Of a DNA stretch of 64,000 nt, positions 46,324 through 59,246 are shown one piece after another. How positions within the stretch are numbered: position 1 is the stretch's first letter; each line of letters opens with the position of its first letter. A program made the translations under genes and the position numbers. Under the pieces are notes generated by a model. The model made no database searches. It was not told the origin of the DNA and worked only from the letters and a program-made list of their open reading frames with translations. The stretch lies in NCBI RefSeq assembly GCF_009914755.1, contig NC_060927.1; one strand, written 5' to 3'. Source of the DNA: the human T2T-CHM13v2.0 reference genome, Homo sapiens.

Positions 46324-49300
46324 GAAGGCATATTTACAGTCAGTATAAATATTGACACGTACTCCTTTTGCAAGAGTGAGGGCCTGAGTTAAGGCAATGA
46401 GTTCGGCTTGCTGAGAGATAGTGGAGCGGGGAAGAGCAATAGCCTCAATAATAGATGTGGAAGATACTATAGCATAGCCTGCCTTTGCTGGTGAGTGGCG
46501 ATTAGGCCTGGTGGAATTGCCATCAATAAACCAAGTGTGATCAGGGTGAGGAACAGAAAAGAAGGAAATATGGGGAAATGGAGTGAATGTCAGGTGGATC
46601 AGAGAGATACAGTCATGGGGGTCAGGTGTGGTATCAGGAATAATGTAGGGGCCAGCCTAAAACAGTAAGGGCAAGTTGTTTGGACAGAAAGAGTACAGGG
46701 CATGGTCCTGGCTGTTGTGTAGGAATTTTGACCACACAGCTCTGTATTTTGGCTGTGTGTAATGAAAAGGGTTGGGATGAGTTAGGGAGAGCTAGTGTGA
46801 GAGTAGCTTTTAGGGCTGTTTTTAAGGAAGGGAAAGAGGAGTGGTGAAAGGATTTAGGATCTATGGGGTCAGCTAGGTTTGCTTTTGTGAGTTCATATAA
46901 TGGTTTAGTCAGGATGGTAAAACTAGGTATCCAAATGTGGAAGTACCTAACCATGCCTAGGAAGGAAAGGAGCTGTTTCGTAGAAGGGGTTGGGGCTTGG
47001 GAGATTAGCCGGACACTATCAGCAGGGAGAGCACGTGTGTTTTCATGAAGAATTATACCGAGATAGGTAAGGGATGAGGAAGAAATTTGGGCTTGATTGA
47101 AGTAATGGGGGCTGTCCATGAAGCCTTGCGGCAGTACAGCCCAGGTAATTTGCTGAGCCTGATGGGTGTCAGGGTCAGTCTAAGTGAAAGCGAAGAGAGG
47201 CTGGGATGAAGGGTGCAAAGGAATAGTAAAGAAAGCATGTTTGAGATCCAGAACAGAATAATGGGTTGTGGAGGGATTGTGGAGGGAGGTATTGAGGATA
47301 GGAGAGTATGTGGGTTTGGCACCACGGGGTGGATAGATAAAACAATTTGGTTGATAAAGTGTGGATCCTGAACTAACTTGTAAGACTTGTCTGGTTTTTG
47401 GACAGGTAAAATAGGAAATGGTAAGGAGAGTTTATAGGCTTTAAAAGGCCATGCTGTAACAGGTGAGTGATAATGAGTTTTAATCCTTGTAAAGTGTGCT
47501 GTGGGATGGGATATTGGTGTTGAGCAGGGTAAGGGTGATTAGGTTTTAATGGGATAGTAATGGGCGTGTGATTGGTTGCCACGGAGGGAGTAGAGGGGTC
47601 CCATACTTGTGGGTTAAGGTGGGGGGGATATGAGAGGAGGATGCAAAGGAGGCTTTGAACTAGGGAAAAGGGCGGCAATGAGGTGTGGCTATAGCCTAGG
47701 AATAGTCAGGGAAGCAGATAATTTAGTTAAAGTGTCTCAACCTAATAAGGGAGCTGGGCAGGTGGGGATAACTAAAAAGGAGTGCATAAAAGAATGTTGT
47801 CCAAGTTGGCATCAGAGTTGGGGAGTTTTAAGAGGTTTAGAAGCCTGGCCATCAATACCCACAACAGTTATGGAGGCAAAGGAAACATGCCCTTGAAAAG
47901 AAAGTAATGTGGAGTGGGTAGCCTCCATATTTTAATTAAGAAGGGGACGGACTTACCCTCCACTATAAGAGTTATCCAAAGTATCTGTGATGGTCCACGA
48001 GGCTTCTGAGGTGATTGGGCAGCATCAGTCTTTAGCCACTAAGCCAAGGAGATCTGGGAAGGAGTCAGTCAGAGGGCCTTGGGCCAGGGTTCCAGGGGCT
48101 CTGGGAGTGGCTGCCGGGTGAGTTGGCCAGTCTGATTTCCAGTGGGGTCCCACACAGATGGCACATGGCTTGGGAGGAATCCTGGGCTGTGGGCATTCCT
48201 TGGCCCAGTGGCCAGATTTCTGGCACTTGAAGCAAGATCCTGATGGAGGAGGTCCTGTAGGAATGCTTGACCACTGTGGCTTAGGCATTTTGAAGTTTTT
48301 GTGTGCTGGAGATGTGGCTGGGTTTTGTCTCACAACAGAGTCAAGTAATTGTAACTCTTCTCTATTATTGTACACCTTGAAGGCGAGGTGAATTAAGTCC
48401 TGTTGTGGGGTTTGAGGGCCAGGATCTAATTTTTTGAGCTTTTTTTAAATGTCGGGAGCTGATTGGGTAATAAAATGCACATTGAGAATAAGACGGCCTT
48501 CTGACCTTTCAGGGCCTAGGGCTGTAAAGTGTCTCAGGGTTGCTGCCAAATGAGCCATGAACTGGGCTGGGTTTTTATATTTGATGAAAAAGAGCCTAAA
48601 CGCTAACTGATTTGGGAGAGGTCAGATAAAGAAAAAGGAGCATTAACCTTGACTATGCCTACAGCTCCAGCCATCTCTTTAAGAGGAAATTATTGGGCAG
48701 GTGGGGGAGGGCTAGTTTCGGAATGAAACTGTAAGCTGGACCAGGTGTGAGCAGGGGAGGGGACAGAAGGATTATAGGGTATGGGAGTGGAGGCTGAGGA
48801 AGAATTGGGACCTGGCTCGGCCTGGCGAGGAACAGCCTGGGGAGGAGGGGAGAGGTCAGATGGGTCTGTAGAAAAGGAGGATTCAAAGGACTCAGAGCTT
48901 GGGATGCAGACTTAAGGAACAGACAGGAGAGAAAGAAGAAGGATATCGGGTGAGTCGCATTAGGAGCAGAGACTAGGGAGGGACCAATGTGTAAAAGAAT
49001 GCCTGGACGTCGAGCACCTCAGACCCATTCGCCCATTTTTTGACAAAATTCATCCAGGTCTTGTAAAATGGAGAAATCAAAAGTGCTATTTTCTGGCAAT
49101 TTAGAACCATTATCGAGTTTGTATTGGGGCCCAAGCGGTGTTGCAGAAGAAAATAAGATGCTTAGGTTTTAGGTCAGGTGAGAGTTGAAGAGGTTTTAAG
49201 TTTCTGAGAACACAGGCTAAGGGAGAAGAAGGGGGAATGGAGGGTGGAAGGTTGCCCATAGTGAAGGAGGCAAGCCCAGAGAAAAGAGAGGGTAGAGACA

Positions 49301-49777
49301 CGGAGAAGGGGGTGGTGAGCAGCCCTGGGCTGCAGTGTGGGTGAGCAGCCAAAGCAGGCAACCCCGCAATTGACTTGCCACCAAGGGAATGTGGGTGAAT
49401 GACCAAGGAGGTGTCCCCGTGGTGATCAGACACCAGTGAAATGTGGGTGAATAATCAGGCAGGCGTCCCCGCAGGGATTAAACACCAAGGGAAGACTGTC
49501 TTCCCGAGTCCATGACCAGCGCCGGAGTTTTGGGTCCACGGATAAAATGTGTCTCCTTTGTCTCTACTAGAGAGGAAAAAGAACTGGAATTGGAAGGACA
49601 GGGAGATTGAAGGGTAGCGAGAGAGGCTGGAGAAGAGAGTGAAAAGACCACTTACCTGATTTGAAATTGGTGAGATGTTCCTTGGGTTGTTTGGTCTGAC
49701 GACCCCAGTTCACAGGTGGATCTCCTCATGGAGTGAGGGTGAGGACAGGGGACCGGTCTCCCGAAGGAGTCCTCCTG

Positions 49778-49795
49778 TCCTGGGTTTCGGCACCA
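49778..49795 (-). promoter_or_regulatory. Primer-binding site, tRNA-Phe type
   Basis: Minus strand TGGTGCCGAAACCCAGGA: 17/18 to the Phe PBS TGGTGCCGAAACCCGGGA, 12/18 to the His PBS. Confidence 0.88.
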
Positions 49796-49797
49796 AA

Positions 49798-50187
49798 TGT
49801 CACACGCGTCTGTGTGAAGAGACCACCAACAGGCTTTGTGTGAGCAACAAGGCTGTTTATTTCACCTGGGTGCAGGCAGGCTGAGTCCGAAAAGAGAGTC
49901 AGCAAAGGGAGATAGGGTGGGGCCGTTTTATAAGATTTGGGTAGGTAAAGGAAAATTACAGTCAAAAGGGGGTTGTTCTCTGGCGGGCAGGGGCGGGGGT
50001 CACAAGGTGCTCAGTGGAGGAGTAGCTGAGCCAGGAGAAGGAATTTCACAAGGTAATGTCATCAGTTAAGTCAGGAACCAGCCATTTCCACTTCTTTTGT
50101 GATTCTTCACTTGCTTCAGGCCATCTGGATATATATGTGCAGGTCACAGGGGATATGATGGCTTAGCTTGAGCTCAGAGGCCTGACA
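49798..50187 (-). promoter_or_regulatory. Outer 5' LTR7
   Basis: tgtcacacgcg...gaggcctgaca, adjacent to the PBS. Confidence 0.92.
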
Positions 50188-51616
50188 GACACCAGGCACA
50201 AGAATGTAAAATCATTTGCCCCAGATTGTATAGCTAGAAAATGCAGAACTGGGATTGTTGCCTTTCTCTACCCCACTGTCACTGAAGATAAAACATACTG
50301 CACTTCAATTTGCAGAGATATGATCAAATATCCCTCAGAAGATTCTGATGTCTAAATGAAAATAGGAGTTTCTGGGCCAATAAAGCTGAGGGCCACACTT
50401 TGGACCCTGGAAGGCCACCCTGAGTGGTCTGCTTACCTCTCTCCTGTATGTCTCTATTTTATTCTCTCTCTAACTCAACACTGTCTTTGTTATCTTTATT
50501 GCATAATATCTGAACCGTGCTTCCATGCCAAGGCTCTGTCAAGTTATAATCTAGATTGAGTTTTCTTAGTCTGGTTGTATAAACTCTGGAAAGCAGAACA
50601 AAATTTTCCTCTCTCTTTTTCTCATCAGCTAGCTCCTTAGATGAAAAATAAATTTCAGTATTACACACCTAGGAGATCCTCAATAAACAGTTCTGAGCTA
50701 TAGGAAAATTCTTTTTGGCACCATTCCCAAAATTAACAGCAACAAAAATTAATTTTATATATGAACGGTACAAATGGACATTGTAGAATGCATTAGGAGG
50801 CTTAAGAGAGCAGAGAGAACATTCTGTGAACTGCTCCCCAACCCCAGGATAAGACTGTGCATTGTTCTGGGAAAAGGGTCTTTAGCAATTAAATAGTTAA
50901 ACCTCCAGTGAAAGCAGGCCACAGCTGGAGAGAGTGTTTATAGTGCAAGGCAGGAAGTATGGAGTCAATGACTTCTGCTGGCAGGAAGGGGTGGAGGGGA
51001 AGGGGGAGGGAAAGAAAAGCAGGATGCCGGGAAGGAGGATTCTTAGTTGTTCTCAGCCTGGAAGACGTTCTCTCTCAATTTGAAGCCAGATATTGGCCAG
51101 AAAACTCCCATTGCTACAGAAAGGATGAAAAAGGTGCTGAGTGCAGACAGAGTGAAGCCAAAGTTGGGAGATGCAGGCGTTGTGCCCAGAATACAGTTGG
51201 AACTTCCAGCATTTGAATGGAGCAACACAAAAGTAGGAATTGAGATGCTTAGACATCCAGAAATACAGTTGAGAAAGCTTTCTTAAATAATAATGATATT
51301 TATTTAGCAATTTTACATGCCAAGAGCTGCACTAAATGTTTTATATTCATTATCCCATTTAATTTTCAAGAATCCAATGAGAAAACTCTCTGTTTTAGAA
51401 ACTATTCCTCACTTTACAAATGAGCAAACTTGAGGCTTTACAAAGTTAAATAGGTTTCCCAAAGTATAAATTCAAATAGTTTGCTCCTATCAAAATACAA
51501 ATTTCAAAAAGTTAAAACATGATTTTCATACAAATATATAGTCTAAGACTTACCTACTTCATTTGTGACAAAACCAGCTGGTTTAAAGAGGAGGATAGAA
51601 GATTGCTGATAAGTGC

Positions 51617-51625
51617 GTGTGTGTA

Positions 51626-51666
<41 letters not shown>
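51617..51666. repeat. (TG)n microsatellite
   Basis: Read directly from the sequence. Confidence 0.95.
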
Positions 51667-51668
<2 letters not shown>

Positions 51669-51768
51669 ATGTCACCAGTAGAAGAAAAGAATGCTAGATA
51701 AAATTGCAGAGTTATATAGAGAACAGAGAACTGACTAATGTCCCACAGAGCAATAAAATCGAAATCTT

Positions 51769-52081
51769 GGCCAGGCGCAGTGGCTCACACCCGTAATCCC
51801 AGCACTTTGGGAGGCTGAGGCAGGTGGATCATGAGGTCAGGCGATCGAGACCATCCTGGCTAACATGGTGAAACCCCGTCTCTACTAAAAATACAAAAAA
51901 TTAGCCAGGCATGGTGACACGCACCTGTAGTCCCAGCTACTCAGGAGGCTGAGGCAGGAGAATGGCGTGAACCCAGGAGGCGGAGCTTGTGGTGAGCCGA
52001 GATCGTGCCACTGCACTCCAGCCTGGGCAACAGAGTGAGACTCCATCTCAAAAAAACAAAAAACAAAAAAACAAACAAAAA
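51769..52081 (+). mobile_element. AluY-like
   Basis: gatcgagaccatcctggctaac and gaatggcgtgaacc diagnostics. Confidence 0.9.
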
Positions 52082-52275
52082 CCTTTAAGATTCTTTTTTA
52101 TTGGACATAAAGCATTTGACTCTCTATATGACAAAAAACCAATTGTGACTGATTAATTTTCTAAATGTCCACATCTAATTTTAAAGACAATCAACCCTAA
52201 TCAATAAAGCATAGTAGATCAAACAAAATGACATCCCTAGGTGATGAGTGGTTTCAGGTGGACTTAGACAATGTT

Positions 52276-52609
52276 TGCTATGGCCTGAATGTCATCCCCT
52301 CAAAATTCTTGTTTTGAAATCACCAATGTGATGGTTATTAGGAGATAAAGTCTTTGGGAGGTGATTAGGTCACCAGGGGAAAGCCATCATGAATGGGATT
52401 AGTACGTTTATAAAAGAGGGTCCCAGGGAGCTGCTTTTCCCCTTCCACCCTGTAAGGATACTCTGAGCAGGTGTCTTCTAGATACTGAATCTGCCAGTGC
52501 CTTGATCTTGGACTTTCCAGCCTATAGAACTGTGAGAAATACATTTTTGTTGTTTATAAGTTACTCAGTCTAAGGTATTTTGTGATGGCAGGCATTAAGG
52601 ACTGAGACA
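52276..52609 (+). mobile_element. MLT1A-like solo LTR
   Basis: tgctatggcctgaatgt...actgagaca; perfect TSD ATGTT. Confidence 0.85.
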
Positions 52610-52619
52610 ATGTTGTGTA

Positions 52620-52810
52620 CAGCACTATCGAATGAAGCTTTCTGTGATGATGGAAATGTTCTATTGCACTGTCCAGTGATGTAGCCACAGGAACATGTAG
52701 CTGTTGAGCATTTGAAATGTGACTAGTATGCTGAGGAGTTGAATGTGAATTAATTTAAACTGAAGTAGTCACATGTGACTAGTGACTCCTTTGTTGAATG
52801 ATGCACTGTA
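52620..52810. mobile_element. MER3-like hAT MITE
   Basis: ttctgtgatgatggaaatgttcta...gcactgtcca...tagccac...gagcatttgaaatgtgactagt (a similar piece lies at ~35685-35850). Confidence 0.65.
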
Positions 52811-53194
52811 TGACTTTGAAAGAGCACAGTCTGCAGAATAGCCAGGTGATTCATACCCACAGTAAATGTTGGGAAGAACTGTTGTACATGATACTGACAA
52901 AGGTAGCTGTAGACCACATTTTGAGAAATACTGCTCCACTCCCTGCTCTTACAGAATCCACTTTCAAAAAACGCAAACGTGGTATTATCAATCCCACTTA
53001 ACGGGACAGAAGGTCAACTGCTGAAAGGCAATATAATTAGTCAGTGGTCATGCAGTTTGGTTATAAAACAAACTGAAAGCAGCTTGTCTAGATCCAGTTG
53101 ATTGTAGCCCAGAATTGCCAGATCTTGCAACTTTTCAGAAAACTCCACAAATCTGAATTTTTATATAAGATATTCTCGGATTTTCAAAATCCTA

Positions 53195-53587
<393 letters not shown>

Positions 53588-53949
53588 TTACCCTGTTGTC
53601 TCTACAAGGAACTGAGGACAGGGGTTTGGCCTTTCCAGATCTTTCCAGGCAGAATCAAAGGCTTCTCGCAGCACTTGTTAGTATGGCCCGTTCAATGTTC
53701 AATGCTGTGAGAAGAAAATTTCTGTTATTTATAAATCACCCAATCTAAGGTATTTTATTACAGCAGCCCAAATGGACTGCTTGTCACATATCCCTAAAAA
53801 GTTATTTACATGCCGTCTTTCCAACTAGATTGCAAGTCCCTGGAGAAGAGGCACATACTCAGCTACCTATTGTCAGCATAACACCTGAAAAACAGAAAGC
53901 ATTTAATATATCTTAGTTAAATGAGTGCGCATGAAAATTAGAAGCTTAA

Positions 53950-54390
<441 letters not shown>

Positions 54391-54519
54391 TCAGAAGCTT
54401 AAATAGGATGGCGATGGGCCAAATGAATTTATTTCCTTGTTGTTGTGTTGTTGTTTTTAAACAACAAGATAGCAGATCCCATTTCTAAAATAAATAAATA
54501 AATAAACAGAAAAGTACAG

Positions 54520-55050
54520 AGTCTTGCTATGTTGCCCAGGCTGGCCTCCAACTCCTGTTCTCAAGCAATCCTCCCACCTCGGCCTCCCAAGTAACTGGGA
54601 CTGTAAGCACCACATTACTCAACCTGGCTTGAGTGTAGGTTTAAAAACTGTGATGGGGTTCCTCCTTGATCCATAATGGTTTATTTATTGCTGCCACAAA
54701 TAAAAACATACATGTTAAATGTGTACAGTTATAAAACTTACCCTTATTTATTTATTTATCTATCTTTAAGACAGAGTCTTACTCTGTTGCCCAGGCTGGA
54801 GTGCAGTGACGCAATCATGGCTCACTGAAGCTTTGAACCCCCTGGACTCAGGTGATCCTCCCACCACAGTAGCTGGGACTACAGGTATGCACCACCAGGT
54901 CTGGCTAATTTTTTTATTTTTAATTTTTTTGTAGAGATGGGGGTCTCCCTATGTTGCCCAGATTAGTCTTGAACTCCTGGGCTCAAAAGATCCTCCTGCC
55001 TTAGCCTCCCAAAGTGTTAGGATTACAGGCACGGGCCACCACACCTAGCC
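54520..55050 (-). mobile_element. Alu fragment plus AluJ
   Basis: Fragment 54520-54630; AluJ 54745-55050 with TSD aaacttacc. Confidence 0.8.
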
Positions 55051-56384
55051 AAACTTACCTTTTATTTATATAAAATATACAACTCATACAATGTAACATC
55101 TGTCCAGGTAGAAATATGTCAATTAACCATACCGATTGATAGGCCTAAGTATTATGTCTTAATTAATTTTTAAAAATCACATACTTTCCAAGGAACATGA
55201 TATATTCCTATTTTGAACAGATCCAAATTTTTCCCATGCTGACTTTTGAGGTAAACTAGGTCTTTCTACTGACTTTACCAAAATTATTTTTAAAATATAC
55301 CTAGCACCTTCTCACATTTTTTCCCTGGGGGCAGAGGGAAACTGTGGTGTAAAGAGAAGTCTACATAGTTTTTTTTTTTTTTAAACAAATCCAGTCATTA
55401 AAAGCGGAGCTGCAGAGACAAGAGTAGGGAGCTCTTTTCTGTACTGTGAAGTTTGGTTCTCTCTGAAGTAGAATTTCATCAAACTGAATGTGTTATGCAT
55501 TTTAAATATATTTGAGGCTAAAAGGGAAAAATAAGTATGTTGTTCTTTCTTGTAGGCTTGCCTTTAGATGTGTCTGGTCACTACCTTGGAAACCCTTACA
55601 AATGGCAACTGACGTCAAGAAAAGAGAAAAAACACTGCTGAGGGCACACGGTGCATGCATTATAGATGATTCTGAGGACTGAGGCTTGTGCCAGCACTAA
55701 GTGGCTTTAAGATGAGCATAAGCAATCTTCCATTTCACAAACATTCTTCATAAACTGTTTAAGGACTTGGAGGTCTGAAAAAACTTCTTTGAGTTTTTAA
55801 TTTAAGCAAGGTGACGATTCAGTTATTAGCTTAAGTGTTCTGTCCCACCATAACTGCCAAGGTCATTAAAATGTTTGGCACTAATATATCTCAAAAACAA
55901 GTGGAAGCTGCACCCTTGTTTTGAATATAGTTTATCCCAATATTTTATTATGAAAAAATTCAGACAGATAGCAAGTTGAAAGAATTTTACAGTGAACAAC
56001 CAATATACTCATCACCCAGATTCTTCTATTTTCAATATACTCAACTGGCCTTATCATATGTCTGTCTGTCTACCATGCATCCATCCATCCATCCATCTAT
56101 TCTTTTATCTATATCTTAATCCATCCACTTTTGATGCATTTCAAATAAATTGCAGACATGAGTTCACTTCCCCTGTAAATATTTCAGCATGCATATCACA
56201 ACTAGAATTCAGTATTTGTTTATAGGTTTTCTTTTGTTATAACATCTACATATAACATCTACAATGAAATGTACAAATCTTAAGTGTACATTTGCTGTTT
56301 TGACAAATGGTTAGTCTCAGAGTGTAGTGGGCTAGTTTTTCTAGATTTATGGTCCTTTTTTTTCTCTAGGGTCTCCACACATAT

Positions 56385-57780
56385 TATCTTTTTCTTTTTT
56401 GAAAGGGAGTTTACTTTCTAGAGGTGTTTTAGGTTCATAGCAAAACTGAACAGAAAGTACATAGAATTCCCATACGCCCCCTGCACCAACACCATGTACA
56501 GCCTCCCCCACTGTCAACATCCCACACCAGAGTGGTATATTTGTTACAACCACTGAACCTACATTGATATAGTCCATAGCTTACATTAGTGTTCAGTCTT
56601 GGTGTTTTACATGCTATGGGTTTGAACAAATATATAATGATATACATCCACCATGGTAGAATCCTACAGAAGTTTCATTGCCTTAAAATTCTCAGTGCTT
56701 TGCCATTCATCCCTCCTTCCCCTGGTAACCACTGATCTTTACTGTCTCAATAGTTTTACCTTTTCTAGAGATCATATAGTTGAAATCAAACCTTCCCCTG
56801 GGAACCACTGATCTTTTTATTGTCTCAATAGTTTTACCTTTTCCAGAGATCACATAGTTGAAATCGTAGTTGAATTTGCATTTAACAAGTTCGGAACACT
56901 CTTTTTTTAGAATCTAAGAAGTGACGTTTCCGAACCTATTGACCTTTTATAAGAAAATATGAATATCCAGCCCTAAAAACTAGAAACAAGCTATCTGTAA
57001 AAACGCTTTGTGATGTGTTGCTTTATATCACAGAATTGAACCTGTGATATAGGTTTTCAGATTGACTTCTTTCACTTAGCAATAGGCATTTAAAGCTTTT
57101 CCCATGTTTTTCATGGTTTGATAGCTCATTTCTTTGTAGCACTTTTTTGCATTTCTTTTTAGCATCCCCTTATCTGGACGTCCTACAGTTTATTTATTCA
57201 GCTACTGAAGGACATCTTGATTGCTTCCAATTTTTGGCAATTGTGAATAAAGCTGCTATAAACATTCATGTGCAGGTTTTTATGTGGACGTAAGGTTTCA
57301 ACTCATTTGAGTAAATACCAAGGAACATGATTGCTGGATTATATGGTAACAGTAGGTTTAGTTTTGTAAGAAGTTGCCAAACGCTCTTCCAAAGTAGCTG
57401 TACCATTTTTCATTCCCGCCAACAATGAATGAGAGCTCCTGTTGTTCCACATCCTTGTCAGCCTTTGGAGATGTCAGTGTTTTGGATTTTGGCCATTCCA
57501 ATAGCTGTGTGGTAGAATCTCATCATTGTTGTTTTAATTTGCATTTCTCTAATGACATATGATATTGAGCTCCTTTCCATATACTTACTTGCCTCTGTAT
57601 ATCTTCTTTGGTGAGGTATCTGTTCAGGTCTCTTGCCATTTTTTAATCAGGTTATTTGTTTTCTTATTATTGAGTTTTAAGAGTTCTTTGTATTTTAGTT
57701 AATAGTCCTTTATCACATATATCTATTGCAAATATTTTCTACCAGTCTGAAGCTTGTCTTCTCATCCTCTTGACAGTGTG
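56385..57780 (-). mobile_element. Old L1 3' end (L1MB/L1MA-like)
   Basis: ttttaggttcatagcaaaactgaacagaaagtac... and gaataaagctgctataaacattcatgtgcagg...; ORF2 C-terminus/3'UTR. Confidence 0.8.
56875..57046 (+). repeat. Single diverged alpha-satellite monomer
   Basis: ggaacactcttttt.tagaatct...aaaaactagaaacaagctatctgt.aaaacgctttgtgatgtg...tcacagaattgaacct; about 172 bp. Confidence 0.85.
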
Positions 57781-58948
57781 TTTTAAAAAGTTATATTCAT
57801 TTTCCATTAAACAATTAGTCTGTTCAACTGAGGGGAAAACTTGGTAGAAAAGAAGATTCCTGCCATCATGGAACCTACATTTTAATGGAAGAAACAACAA
57901 TAAACAAATACATGAATAAACATATAATAGGTATTTACGTGGAGTTACTTGCTGGAAAGAAAATTAAAACAAGGTAAGGGGTTAAAGAGTAGCTGGAGAA
58001 GGATCACTCTGGCTGCTGTGTAGACCTCATGGGGCCAAGGTAGAATAGACCATACTGGGGGCAAGGGTAGAAGTGGGAGTTAGGAAGTTACTGCCCTCAT
58101 ACAAGCAAGAGACAATGTGGGCATGGACTAGGGTGGAAGCAGTGGGTGTGGTGAGAAATATCCAGATTCTGGACATTTCTTAAAAGTGGCACTGGCATAA
58201 CTTGCTCATGGGTTGGTTATAAGAGAAAGGATTCGGGGATGGAAGGTAGGTTTGGGCCTAAACAACTGTGTGAATGGTGGTGAAATTGGGAGGAGAGTGT
58301 GGAAGGAAGGGGAGGCGGACCAGGCTGGGGGATGGGACAATCAAGTGAATATTCAGGAGGAGATGGCCAAGCAGGCCATTGGGATTCCACCGGAAAGGTT
58401 AGGGCTGGAAATACACAAATGAGGGAGTCTTCAGCATATCGAAAGTGTGCTGCATGTCTTTGCAGCCTTCCTTATTCTCACTCCATGCCTCTCCACTCTG
58501 CTGTTTACCTTCACACAGCCTGACCTGCATGGATTAAGTCAATGAACTCCAACCCCTGGTTTCCAGCTGGATTCAGCCAGCCTTGGGGCAGATCCGAAAA
58601 AAAGAGCAAGTGAGGTGGTGTATTCCCCCAGCTCCCTCGCTGAAGATTGCCTGAGTCCCTTGATCAAAGCCACAGCTCCCATCACACAGACCTCCCCACA
58701 GCTGTTCCTCTCTAGGTGCAGTCACTGCTCCTGATTGAATGAGGTTGGATGAGATCACTTAGGGAGTGTGAATAGATAGAAAAGAAGAGCTTTGAGGACT
58801 GCCTCCTAGGACACTGTAATATTTAGAGGCCAGAAAGAAGAGGCGGGCTCTGCCAAAGGGGAGTCTGTGTGGCAGAAGAAAAACAGGAACATGTGGTGTC
58901 TGGGTAGAGGCTCAGTGAAGGTAGCGTTCTTCAAGAGACAGTTCTCCT

Positions 58949-59246
<298 letters not shown>

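Larger units (their letters stand above)
39144..50187 (-). mobile_element. Outer HERV-H provirus (deleted, defective, ~5.6 kb without the nested element)
   Basis: Two LTR7s; gag zinc knuckle CFKCQKSGHWAKEC; RT remnant DSPHYF..TYLGIIL; RNase H VIHCKGHQK; IN remnant FHNLFH..CSIC..QDWQVDF; env TM remnant. Confidence 0.95.
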
